A stretch of 64,000 nt of DNA. Origin: a virus. The stretch covers positions 25,549 through 89,548 of the IMG/VR virus record IMGVR_UViG_3300032315_001572; one strand, written 5' to 3'. Under the pieces are notes generated by a model that had not been told where the DNA came from, searched no databases, and was given only the letters and a program-made list of their open reading frames with translations. The position numbers were made by a program, and so were the translations under genes. Positions 9,494-19,044 of the stretch are shown piece by piece; the first letter of the stretch is position 1; each line of letters begins with the position of its first letter.

Positions 9494-10681
9494 TTATTCG
9501 TATGCCACATTTGTCACTTTATAAGAAGCGACTATATGAAGACCTGTGTAACTTTGTAAACTATCATTATCCAACAGGATTTCTTGTGATGCAGAAAATT
9601 CATCTTTAAAATTTTTACGATTGCCAATACTAAAACTAGCAGAAATAATTGGTGGATTATCAAAAGTTGTATTTTCTCCTGGACAAGTAAGTTGCTCATC
9701 TTCTGATTCTAAACCGTAAAAATAAACTATCCCTGAGATACTTTTAATACCTTGCATAGATTCGAAAAATGTAGCGACTTTAACATAGGCTTTAGCTTTG
9801 TAAGTATTCTCAGAATTATCTACTGGAACAAAAATTGGATAGTAATAATCATTGTCCTGTCCAATCCAACAAGCATCTTGGCCATTTCCACACTTAACCC
9901 CATCTTTATTTTGAGCTTGATTGCTTCTTAAAATACTATTTCTTGTATTTACACGTTGCGTAGAAAAAGTTCTACCTTTTGATAAAATTTCTATAGGACC
10001 AGCAAGAGTAGATGTTGCATTTGAAGAACTATTGCTCCACTGACTATATCCAGTGGTTTCGTCATTGAAATAGTTTTCAGCTTGCTCTGAACAACTAATA
10101 CTAGTGCAATCGCCTTCAGTTGGACCACAACTTGAAGCGCCCGTACAACTTGTTCCAGAATCTTTTTCATCAATACCAAAAAATTCATCTATAAAAGAAG
10201 AACTCCAACTACAGTCTTCTTCACATCTAATAATTATTTCAGGATTATCATTTGAGCAAGTAACATTACTATTTTGAACATAACTGGATTTGACTTTTCT
10301 CGAATCACCCTTAATAGGCTCATATTGTGAACTATTATTAGTAAAGCTCATATTACTAGATGAATATGAAACATATTGTATATATGATCCATACTGATCA
10401 ACTTTTCTAACATAATCTTCGCTAACAAAATAACTGCCTCCACTTGCCGCATCTCCATTTCCAGGGCCCCAGCAACAAAGGGTCTCATTGGGATTATCTG
10501 AGAAACCTGCCGTACTAGATCCCCCTCCACTACTAATTCTAGTAGTATATACAGTACCCTCTGGAGTCTCTCCAATTAAACATGGAAAACCTCCAGGAAT
10601 AATTGCAGCTGCTGTGCCTATTGCAAAAAAAGAAAAATTTGGAGCACAACCATTGCAAGATCCATTACATGAACTACTCAT
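9494..10681 (-). CDS. Cys/Ser-rich hypothetical late protein
   Basis: 395-aa ORF with many Cys; preceded by GTGTAAT-N7-ATG. Confidence 0.65.
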   Translation of the reverse strand: MSSSCNGSCNGCAPNFSFFAIGTAAAIIPGGFPCLIGETPEGTVYTTRISSGGGSSTAGFSDNPNETLCCWGPGNGDAASGGSYFVSEDYVRKVDQYGSYIQYVSYSSSNMSFTNNSSQYEPIKGDSRKVKSSYVQNSNVTCSNDNPEIIIRCEEDCSWSSSFIDEFFGIDEKDSGTSCTGASSCGPTEGDCTSISCSEQAENYFNDETTGYSQWSNSSSNATSTLAGPIEILSKGRTFSTQRVNTRNSILRSNQAQNKDGVKCGNGQDACWIGQDNDYYYPIFVPVDNSENTYKAKAYVKVATFFESMQGIKSISGIVYFYGLESEDEQLTCPGENTTFDNPPIISASFSIGNRKNFKDEFSASQEILLDNDSLQSYTGLHIVASYKVTNVAYE

Positions 10682-10688
10682 ATAAGAT

Positions 10689-10695
10689 ATTACAC
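10689..10695 (-). promoter_or_regulatory. GTGTAAT late-promoter motif, 7 nt before ATG 10681
   Basis: Recurrent intergenic motif. Confidence 0.7.
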
Positions 10696-10704
10696 CCGTT
10701 TAAT

Positions 10705-11001
10705 TTAAAATTCTTTATATTTAATCAAATGATTTCTAACAAAATATAAGTTAATAAAAAACCCACAAAATGCACTAAAAATATTACTTAAAAATGGATA
10801 AGTTAATTGAAAAAATGGATCAATAAAAAAACTAATAACTAAAGATATCCAAAAACTAGAGCATTCATGACAAAGCAAGGGTTTGTGAATATATGGAATT
10901 CTAGCAATAAAATTTCTAAAAGGTCTAGCAATTTCAGTATCGCTCCAAGCATAAGTTACTCCCAAGCAAACAAACAAATATATTAAAAATTGATAAAACA
11001 T
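10705..11001 (-). CDS. Small membrane protein, DUF1360-like
   Basis: Hydrophobic segments around PLLCHECSSFW. Confidence 0.6.
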   Translation of the reverse strand: MFYQFLIYLFVCLGVTYAWSDTEIARPFRNFIARIPYIHKPLLCHECSSFWISLVISFFIDPFFQLTYPFLSNIFSAFCGFFINLYFVRNHLIKYKEF

Positions 11002-11475
11002 TTAAATAAAATAAACAACTAATTTATCTTCTTTTTCTACAACGGAAAATGATTTAAAATTAATCTTTTCTTCACTTAGTTTTTTAGCAACATTTTTCCA
11101 ATCTTCTTCTGTTTTGCCAATTTCAAATATTCTTCCGCCACTATTTCTAAACATGTTTTGTTGCATCATTTGCATATGGTTCTCCATTTGGTTAGTTGGT
11201 GCTTGAGAATTTTTAATTTCTTCAGCCTTTTCTTGTATTATTTTTTGGATTTCTTCATTATTAATGAGGCTATTAAAATAACTTTCTTCAGCACTAATCT
11301 TAGCTTGAAGATGAGCTTTTACTCTGTTTTTGCAAGAACAGTTTGGATTGTTTCTGGAACTAGTAAGATCCGCTAAAATTTCTGGAAATTTATCTTTTAA
11401 AGAATTAAACAATGTATCATTCTTGATAAAAGTATTAAAAAACACTGGTGAATTAAGTAGTTGTTGAAATGTCAT
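11002..11475 (-). CDS. Hypothetical protein
   Basis: 157-aa ORF with NPNCSC; TAGATT-N17-TATAAT upstream (11513-11485). Confidence 0.65.
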   Translation of the reverse strand: MTFQQLLNSPVFFNTFIKNDTLFNSLKDKFPEILADLTSSRNNPNCSCKNRVKAHLQAKISAEESYFNSLINNEEIQKIIQEKAEEIKNSQAPTNQMENHMQMMQQNMFRNSGGRIFEIGKTEEDWKNVAKKLSEEKINFKSFSVVEKEDKLVVYFI

Positions 11476-11517
11476 GTTTATGATATTATAGTATATATAT
11501 TATAGAAAATCTAAAAA

Positions 11518-12324
11518 TTATGGCTGAAGGTATAGCACTTTTGTTTGATTATATTGAGCTTCATTATCACTACTAAATGTAGAATTTAAATTAGTAAGTA
11601 TATTGTTGGGTAAATCAAATGTTGCTAAATTTATATTAGATTGATATTTTTTTATTGATATGTATTGTCCAACATCAGGACTAATGTATCCTGAATTTGG
11701 CAAATTACGGAGATTCGATACAAACGTAGTACTACTTGCGCTACTATTAAATGAAATTTCTTGTTTTATTGGATATTGAATATATACAGTATCTGGCGAG
11801 TAATTTCCAATAGTGTAATTAACGATACGATTTACATCAACATTAATTCCAAAAGATTGAACTCGGTTAGAGTTGAAAAGCGTTAGATTTGAATCTATAA
11901 AACACGGATCTCCGATATTAAATGTATTTAAATTTATTGGTTTTGAAGTAAAAGATATTTCAGAAGCTGGCCAATTAAAAATAATTCCTCTTATATCAAC
12001 TGTTGGATATTCTCCTAGTTTATAATTCAAAGAATAGTTGGTTAAATATCCATTTGTAAATGTTACATATTTATCACCATATTCAATTCTACCAGAAAAT
12101 GAATTAACACCAGTATAAGGCAAAAATCTATCACTATCACTTAATATATAAGATAAATCAAATTGAGCGACTGGAAAACCATCTTTTGTATAGTTAATTG
12201 AATCATTTATAGATATTTGAGGAGCTATTTTAAGATCAACTCCAACATTAAAACTTCTTACTCCAGATACTAAAGAATCATTTAGATAAAAGTTCTGATT
12301 TTCTATAGTATATACATTAAACAT
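11518..12324 (-). CDS. Tail-tube-like protein (divergent paralogue)
   Basis: GVRSFN, NGYLTNYSLNYKLGEYPTV and RVQSFGINVDVNR...QYPI align by eye with 28602-29750 (NAFLTSYSTEGSVGNFPTT; NIQSYTLSFDLGR...DFPL). Confidence 0.6.
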   Translation of the reverse strand: MFNVYTIENQNFYLNDSLVSGVRSFNVGVDLKIAPQISINDSINYTKDGFPVAQFDLSYILSDSDRFLPYTGVNSFSGRIEYGDKYVTFTNGYLTNYSLNYKLGEYPTVDIRGIIFNWPASEISFTSKPINLNTFNIGDPCFIDSNLTLFNSNRVQSFGINVDVNRIVNYTIGNYSPDTVYIQYPIKQEISFNSSASSTTFVSNLRNLPNSGYISPDVGQYISIKKYQSNINLATFDLPNNILTNLNSTFSSDNEAQYNQTKVLYLQP

Positions 12325-12332
12325 TAATTATA

Positions 12333-12355
12333 ATTACACTACTTTTTAGTGTAAA
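12333..12355. promoter_or_regulatory. Back-to-back late-promoter motifs: GTGTAAT (-, 12339-12333) and GTGTAAA (+, 12349-12355), within the inverted repeat TTACACTA-N5-TAGTGTAA
   Basis: Lies between the divergent genes starting at 12324(-) and 12376(+). Confidence 0.75.
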
Positions 12356-12375
12356 ATATAAGAGGTAAAAGGTAT

Positions 12376-12924
12376 ATGGCTAGTATTTTTGATACAGTTC
12401 CATCTTGGAATTCTGGTAGTACTTATAACAAGTACGATATAGTGTTAGGTAGTGATGGAAAATACTATTATTCAATAATAGATTCTAATGCAGGGGCTGG
12501 GAATAATCCAGTAACTCCTGGGAATCTTCAGCTTGATTGGGATGGATACATTCTTTTAAATAGCGTATTATATCCTAATTTTTGGTGGAAACCTTCTTAT
12601 GATGCAAAAATTAATACTAAACCAAGAATTAAAGTAAATAAATTTGGAAATGGATACGAACAAAGAATTAATGATGGAATAAATAATAATTTAATAGAAT
12701 TTTCATTAGTTCTTGACAATAGAAGTGAAAAAGAAACTGTTTCAATTCTGCATTTTTTACAACAAAGAAATGGCCAAGAATCTTTTGTATATAATTTGCC
12801 TACGATTTATTCAAAATCATCAACAAATTTAATTACTAGATTTATTGCTCCAGAATGGGGTTCTTCTTATGTGTCATATAATAACTATAAAATAGATTTA
12901 AATCTTATAGAAGTACCAGTTTAA
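12376..12924 (+). CDS. Minor tail protein, lambda gpM-like, with an N-terminal CBM-like motif
   Basis: KFGNGYEQRINDGINN and ILHFL...G.ESF; N-terminal WNSGSTYNKYDIV...GKYYYS. Confidence 0.85.
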   Translation: MASIFDTVPSWNSGSTYNKYDIVLGSDGKYYYSIIDSNAGAGNNPVTPGNLQLDWDGYILLNSVLYPNFWWKPSYDAKINTKPRIKVNKFGNGYEQRINDGINNNLIEFSLVLDNRSEKETVSILHFLQQRNGQESFVYNLPTIYSKSSTNLITRFIAPEWGSSYVSYNNYKIDLNLIEVPV

Positions 12925-12928
12925 TATT

Positions 12929-14314
12929 ATGCCAACCTCATCTGAAGTTTATAATTTAATAGTAAGTGGCAATCAATCTTTAAATACCGAACTTAGCTCT
13001 TTAACACCATCTACACAGGTTATTTTATATGAAATTGATTTATCAGAAATAGCACCTACAACTATTAATTTTAATTATAATGGAGATCAACCGATTAATA
13101 ATGGAATATTTAGAATATATAATGATTATAATTTATTCAAAATCGTAAATAACCCATATGGAGCATTAAAATGGCAAAATAATTATTATTATCCTTTTCC
13201 AATTTTTTCAGAAGGTTTTGAATATTCTTCTGCAGGAACACTACCAACTCCAAAAGTTTCAATATCTAATCTTTCTCCAGATTATTCTTCTAACTCTTTC
13301 TACAGATACATTAGAATGCAAATGCAAAGTTTAGGAGATATTGTTGGTGCAAAATTTAGTAGAATTAAAACATTTTTAAAATATCTCGATAAAGCAAATT
13401 TTTCTAATAATATTAATCCTTTTAATAAAAATGAAGGATTATATGAAATAGAGCTACCAAGAGATATTTATTATGTAGATAGAAAAACGGTTGAGAATAG
13501 GAATATAGTTGAATATCAATTAAATACAATTTTAGATATAGAAAATTTAACATTACCAGGAAGAACAATTTACGCTAAAAAATGTCCATTTCAATATAGA
13601 GGAGAAGGATGCTGTTACGAATATAATAGCAGATTAACTTATTTGCACAGCGGAATTTATGCAGGTATAGATAATTCTCCTATAACAGTAAGAGGTCTTT
13701 ACACTGCCCCACCAGTAGCTACAGAAAATGATCAGTTATTTTTTGGAAGCGTTTTTAATCCTACTGGAGGTAGGGCACATCTTTCAGCAATATTTAGAAT
13801 AACTGGAGCAAATTATGGAACTAATGGCCCTCTTGGAAATTCTGGACAATGGTCTCAAAATCAAACATATATTTCTGGAGATTTTATTTATTTACAAAAT
13901 AGAGGATTAAAATTTTATTATGTTTGTTTAAATAATCATTTATCTGATCCATTTAATGCTCCACCAAATACTAATTACTGGTCAGCTGATTCATGTTCAA
14001 AAAATATAAACGCTTGTAGATTAAGATGGTTAAAAAATCCAGCTTTTAGACCAGTTATTTGGCCAGCAGATAGAAATGGAGAGAGCTGGACTCAAACAAA
14101 AGATAGAATAGTAAGTTTGGTTGGAAGTGGCGAAAGAATAAGTTTATGGGCAACTGGTTTAAATGGTGTTCCAATTAATTTCCCAAGAAGACCTGGAGCA
14201 GAAGATCCAACTGGAATTAGAGCGCATGGAATTCCAAAAGATATGAATCAAAATTATTTAAATGGATTTCTTCCATTCGGAGGATTTCCAGGAACAAATC
14301 AACCCCAAGCATAA
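12929..14314 (+). CDS. Minor tail protein, lambda gpL-like
   Basis: LYEIDL, GFE..SAGTLPTP, LPGR..YAKKCPFQYRGEGC, CSK...ACRLR and LPFGGFPG. Confidence 0.9.
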   Translation: MPTSSEVYNLIVSGNQSLNTELSSLTPSTQVILYEIDLSEIAPTTINFNYNGDQPINNGIFRIYNDYNLFKIVNNPYGALKWQNNYYYPFPIFSEGFEYSSAGTLPTPKVSISNLSPDYSSNSFYRYIRMQMQSLGDIVGAKFSRIKTFLKYLDKANFSNNINPFNKNEGLYEIELPRDIYYVDRKTVENRNIVEYQLNTILDIENLTLPGRTIYAKKCPFQYRGEGCCYEYNSRLTYLHSGIYAGIDNSPITVRGLYTAPPVATENDQLFFGSVFNPTGGRAHLSAIFRITGANYGTNGPLGNSGQWSQNQTYISGDFIYLQNRGLKFYYVCLNNHLSDPFNAPPNTNYWSADSCSKNINACRLRWLKNPAFRPVIWPADRNGESWTQTKDRIVSLVGSGERISLWATGLNGVPINFPRRPGAEDPTGIRAHGIPKDMNQNYLNGFLPFGGFPGTNQPQA

Positions 14315-14316
14315 AA

Positions 14317-15042
14317 ATGATTGATAAAAAAAATAAAAATTTTATTATAAAAGAATGTTCAAAAAATCCATCAGAAGAAATTTGTGGATTTATAGTACTT
14401 AAAAATGATAATTTTATATGCATGCCATGTGAAAATATTGCAAAAAATAAAAAAGAAAATTTTATGATATCTTCTTTGGATTATATTAAAATAAAAAAAT
14501 ATTCAGATCAAATTCTTTATATTTATCATAGCCATATAAATGATAATGAAAATTTTTCTGAACAAGATATTTCTTGCTCTGAAAATTTATGTCTACCAAT
14601 TATAATGTATAATTTAAATAAAAAAATATTTAAAATTCATGAACCAATAAGTATAAAAAAAGAATATATTGGAAGATTCTATCAACATGGAAAATATGAT
14701 TGTTTTAGATTAATTGAAGAATTTTATAAAAAAGAAAAGTCTATAGAATTCAAGTATGATAATAATTTTTATTCAAAATCATTAGAACAAATGGATATAA
14801 AAACAGAATTATATAAATTTTATAAGAATAATAATTTCCAACTTATAGAAAATAAAAGCGATCTTAAATTGCACGATATACTTTTAATAGATGCTTTTGG
14901 AGATCATAAACCAAAACATTTCGCATTGTATATGGGACAAGATAAAATTTTACATCAACCTATGTTTGGTTTCTCAAGAATCGAAAATTATTGTAATTTT
15001 TATAAAAGGCATACAGATTCAATCTTTAGGTTAAAAATATGA
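14317..15042 (+). CDS. Tail-tip assembly protein, lambda gpK-like (JAB + NlpC/P60)
   Basis: EEICGF and YHSH...FSEQD; YDCFRLIEEFY, HFALYMG and ILHQ. Confidence 0.9.
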   Translation: MIDKKNKNFIIKECSKNPSEEICGFIVLKNDNFICMPCENIAKNKKENFMISSLDYIKIKKYSDQILYIYHSHINDNENFSEQDISCSENLCLPIIMYNLNKKIFKIHEPISIKKEYIGRFYQHGKYDCFRLIEEFYKKEKSIEFKYDNNFYSKSLEQMDIKTELYKFYKNNNFQLIENKSDLKLHDILLIDAFGDHKPKHFALYMGQDKILHQPMFGFSRIENYCNFYKRHTDSIFRLKI

Positions 15043-15803
15043 TAACAGTAAATTTGCATGGTAAATTGGGTGAAGACTTGGGAGAAACATGGGAATTAGA
15101 TGTTTCTTCTGTGGCAGAAGCTTTGCACGCTATAGATATAAATACTAAAAAATTAAGACATTGGTTATTATATAATAAAGATCAATATGAATATGAGATT
15201 TTAGCAGATAATAATAGTTTTTTTGATGAATCTCCTGAGTTTAAAGATATAAATGAATTAAAAAATTCTGAATTTTGTTTAGATATTAAAGATAAAATAA
15301 AAACAATAGATATTGTTCCGTCTGTTATAGGCTCTGGAGCAGTTGGGAAAATATTCGTAGGAGCAGCTCTAGTTGTTGCAGCGGTAGCGATAGCCGTATT
15401 TACGCCATTTATTTTACCAGCCGTAGCTATTGGATTTGCTGGTTTAGCTTTAATTGCAGCAGGAACGAGTGAATTATTATCAAAACCCCCACCATCTGTT
15501 CCTTTTACCGCTCAACAAACTAATCCAATAGATGGACAGGGTGAAGCTGGAGGACCAACATCTTATCTTTTTAATGGTCCAGTAAACACAGTAGGAGAAG
15601 GTGGTCCAGTCCCAATAGGATATGGAGAGCTAATCGTTGGTGGTAATAATGTATTTAGTAGTTATGAAATTGTTTATAGAGCATATGCTGGTAATTTTGA
15701 TACAAATACTTTACAAATTAATAATGCAGGAAATGCTCAGTATTTATTTAACTCTAGGTGTCAGTTAATAAGTCAAGAAGCTTTACAAGCTTTAGCTTTT
15801 TAA
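15039..15803 (+). CDS. Tail assembly protein, lambda gpI-like
   Basis: LHGKLG, SVAEALHAI and SYLFNGPVNTVGEGGPVPIGYGELIVG. Confidence 0.9.
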   Translation: MITVNLHGKLGEDLGETWELDVSSVAEALHAIDINTKKLRHWLLYNKDQYEYEILADNNSFFDESPEFKDINELKNSEFCLDIKDKIKTIDIVPSVIGSGAVGKIFVGAALVVAAVAIAVFTPFILPAVAIGFAGLALIAAGTSELLSKPPPSVPFTAQQTNPIDGQGEAGGPTSYLFNGPVNTVGEGGPVPIGYGELIVGGNNVFSSYEIVYRAYAGNFDTNTLQINNAGNAQYLFNSRCQLISQEALQALAF

Positions 15804-15807
15804 GTTT

Positions 15808-18800
15808 ATGGGAAATCCAAATAAATACGCAGATGGTTTACAATATCTTGCATTTCCTGGAAACGTTGGTCAAGGAGTATGTGGATATAATTTTCCAGAA
15901 AGCACAGCTCAAGATGATGTAGGTGGTGGTAATTTATGTTTAAGCTTTAGTGGTACAGCGTTACCTGTTCCTAGTTCTAATCCAGGAGCACCAAATACTT
16001 ACGGTAGAGGTCCAAGTGGATTTCTCGCAAGGCATACTGTATTAGCCGTAATGACTGGAGCCAATATTCAAAAATTTAGTACTAGAGATGGAAGCCCTGC
16101 AGATGGCGCACTCTTTAGGGCGAATACTTTTGGCGCGCCAGATTTACAAACTATTTTTGGTGTGAGTACGGTCGCCTCAGTAGAAGCGGGAACTGATCCA
16201 CAAACTAACGGAGTACGTTTAACTCAAAGATTCAAAGATCAAAGAGCATATACTTCTATTGGTCAAATTAATGTATTAGATTTAGTTTGCGAGGGTCCGA
16301 TTGAAGGGTTTGTTAGTGGATTATATATTCCAAATTTAAGTGGAAAATCAATTGGAGATATAGGATATACTAGCGTTACATTTCAACCATATGAACAAAC
16401 TTACAGTAATCCAGAAACTAGATCAATATATTGGAATGATACTCCAATTACAGATCTTGCAGGATTTTATAATTTTCAATATGTAAATTATAAATACACA
16501 TATGGCGAAAAAACAAATGATCATACAATTTATAATCCATATTTAAATCTTTATGAAGAAAGAAGAGATTACTTTGGCAAACAAGTAGATCAAAACAAAA
16601 TACCATTACAAACCTCAATAACAAAAAGTATAAATGAAACTTTATATGGATTTTATCAATTAACTGGAACTCAAATATTAACACCAAAAACTTATTATGT
16701 ATATAATACCGATGTTTCATCAATTAAAATAAATATAAAAATAAACAGTTTATATGAGCAAATACTAACTGGAGCAAATGCTGGAGACGTTGAACCACAA
16801 GTTGGAGTTTTTACATTTGCAATATATAGAATTCTTTCAGATAATAGTCTTATATTGTTAGATACATCTAAATATAGACCTTATTTAAGAGAAGGATATT
16901 CAGTCGATACTATTCAACTCCAAGGAAAAATAGCTAATAGCCCAGTAATAGTTCCATATGAAATAACGCTAAGACCTTATGCAGAAAATACTCCTTGGTT
17001 TGAAATCTTTCCAAATCAAATTGGTTGGGCTATAGACCTTGTTAAAAAAACAAGAGAAAGCACTGGCGGTGGACTTTTTAACTCTACATCAATAGATAGT
17101 ATAACTGAAGTTTATTCAGATCGTTTTGTTTATCCAGATACTGCTTTAGTTTATTCTAAGTTTGATGCAAGATATTTTAATGATATTCCAACGAGAACAT
17201 ATAAATTAAGATTATTGAAAGTTAAGATACCAGTAAATTATGATCCAGTTGCTAGAAATTATACTGGTCCGTGGAATGGAAAATTTAAAATTGCATGGAC
17301 TGATAACCCAGCTTGGTGTTTTTATGATTTAATTATAAACAATAGATTTGGATTAGGAAAATTTATTGATTCTAGTTTAACAGATAAATGGACTTTATAT
17401 GAAATTGGTCAATATTGCGATGAACTTGTATCCGATGGTCTTGGAGGTTTGGAGCCTAGATTTACTTGTAATTTATATATTAATACAAAAGAAGAAGCCT
17501 ATAAAGTTTTAAACGATATGGCAAGCATTTTTAGAGCAATCGTATATTATTCAGCTGGACAAATAACTGTATCTCAAGATTCATTAAAAGAGCCTATATA
17601 TCTTTTTAATAATAGTAGCGTTATAGAAGGAACATTCAATTATTCTGATGCTTCTAAAAAGTCAAGGAAAACAGTAGCATCTGTAAGATTTAATGATAAA
17701 AATGATAATTTTAAACCAGCAATTGAATACGTAGAAGACAAAAATTCAATATTAAAATATGGAATACGAGAAACAGAAATTGTTGCATTTGGTTGCACAA
17801 GCAGTAGTCAAGCAAAAAGAATTGGCAAATGGCTTTTAACTACTCAAAACACAGAAACAGAATTAGTTGATTTTCAAGTTGGTCTAGAAGGTAATTATTT
17901 AAGACCAGGGGATGTTATCTCAATTTATGATCAATATAGAAAAAATCAATCTTACGCAGGAAGAACTTTAGAGCTAACTAGTGGATACGCAGTATTAGAT
18001 ACTCCATATAATTTTACTAATACATACGCAATTACTGGTGCGAATATGAATAATTCATTTGTATTTAATATATTAACTCCAACTTATAATTTAAATCCTG
18101 GAACACAACTTGGAGACTTGTATATTACTGGTTTTAATATTACATCTTCTGGAGTTACAGGATTAAATAGTTCATTCTTTAGAAGAAGTCAGTTGCAATC
18201 TATTAAAATAAATAGTCCACAAAATTATTTAACTAGTGGATCTGGAATATACTCTAATAATATAAGACTTAATTTTCCAAGCGGTTTAATAGTTAGCGGT
18301 TATAGTTTACCGCAAAACACAGTTTGGAATATAGATATAAATACTTCTGGATATGCAACAGCAGGAATTAATACTAGGTCTGAGATGAACAATGAAGGCA
18401 GAGCCTTGTATCCAGGATATTACCTAGAATCATTTCTTAATAAACCTAAAAAATATAGAGTATTAACCATTACAGAAAAAGAACCAGAAATATTTAATGT
18501 TAATGCTCTTGAATATAATGATCAAAAATATGCAGATATTGACAATGTAAATGATTTAGTTAACGTACCACTTAGACCTGCTGCACCAGTTGCTCCTACT
18601 TTATTTTTAAGTGGAATATTTAGAGATCCTATTACTAATTCTTATCTAAGTAATCCAGCTGGAACACATTATACTACTAATCAAGGCGGAATTAACAGCG
18701 TAATGTATAATATACAACCACCAACAAATAATGCAAGTAATAATCTATATTATGTATATATAAAACCATTCTCTCCTTTTACAAGTGCAACTGTAACTCC

Positions 18801-19041
18801 AGAATCATTTTTATTTGATGCAATATCTCCTTCAACACTTAGAACTGGTTTAAGTCGATTCGATTGGTCTATAGGCACTATACCAGCATTTATAACACCA
18901 ACTGGTGCTGGCACATATTATTTTAGAATATTCGCTGAAAATAATATCGGAGAAAGAACTCCAGCGCTCAATGGATCATACAATCTAACAAATCAAGCTT
19001 CTGTTTTCAGCGTTCAAGCTTCTGGTACAAATGTTTATTAA
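15808..19041 (+). CDS. Tail-tip/host-specificity protein, lambda gpJ-like
   Basis: DLVCEGPIEG, WTDNPAWCFYD, YCDELV.DG.GG.EPRFTCN and GCTS..QA.R.GKW. Confidence 0.92.
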   Translation: MGNPNKYADGLQYLAFPGNVGQGVCGYNFPESTAQDDVGGGNLCLSFSGTALPVPSSNPGAPNTYGRGPSGFLARHTVLAVMTGANIQKFSTRDGSPADGALFRANTFGAPDLQTIFGVSTVASVEAGTDPQTNGVRLTQRFKDQRAYTSIGQINVLDLVCEGPIEGFVSGLYIPNLSGKSIGDIGYTSVTFQPYEQTYSNPETRSIYWNDTPITDLAGFYNFQYVNYKYTYGEKTNDHTIYNPYLNLYEERRDYFGKQVDQNKIPLQTSITKSINETLYGFYQLTGTQILTPKTYYVYNTDVSSIKINIKINSLYEQILTGANAGDVEPQVGVFTFAIYRILSDNSLILLDTSKYRPYLREGYSVDTIQLQGKIANSPVIVPYEITLRPYAENTPWFEIFPNQIGWAIDLVKKTRESTGGGLFNSTSIDSITEVYSDRFVYPDTALVYSKFDARYFNDIPTRTYKLRLLKVKIPVNYDPVARNYTGPWNGKFKIAWTDNPAWCFYDLIINNRFGLGKFIDSSLTDKWTLYEIGQYCDELVSDGLGGLEPRFTCNLYINTKEEAYKVLNDMASIFRAIVYYSAGQITVSQDSLKEPIYLFNNSSVIEGTFNYSDASKKSRKTVASVRFNDKNDNFKPAIEYVEDKNSILKYGIRETEIVAFGCTSSSQAKRIGKWLLTTQNTETELVDFQVGLEGNYLRPGDVISIYDQYRKNQSYAGRTLELTSGYAVLDTPYNFTNTYAITGANMNNSFVFNILTPTYNLNPGTQLGDLYITGFNITSSGVTGLNSSFFRRSQLQSIKINSPQNYLTSGSGIYSNNIRLNFPSGLIVSGYSLPQNTVWNIDINTSGYATAGINTRSEMNNEGRALYPGYYLESFLNKPKKYRVLTITEKEPEIFNVNALEYNDQKYADIDNVNDLVNVPLRPAAPVAPTLFLSGIFRDPITNSYLSNPAGTHYTTNQGGINSVMYNIQPPTNNASNNLYYVYIKPFSPFTSATVTPESFLFDAISPSTLRTGLSRFDWSIGTIPAFITPTGAGTYYFRIFAENNIGERTPALNGSYNLTNQASVFSVQASGTNVY

Positions 19042-19044
19042 TTT

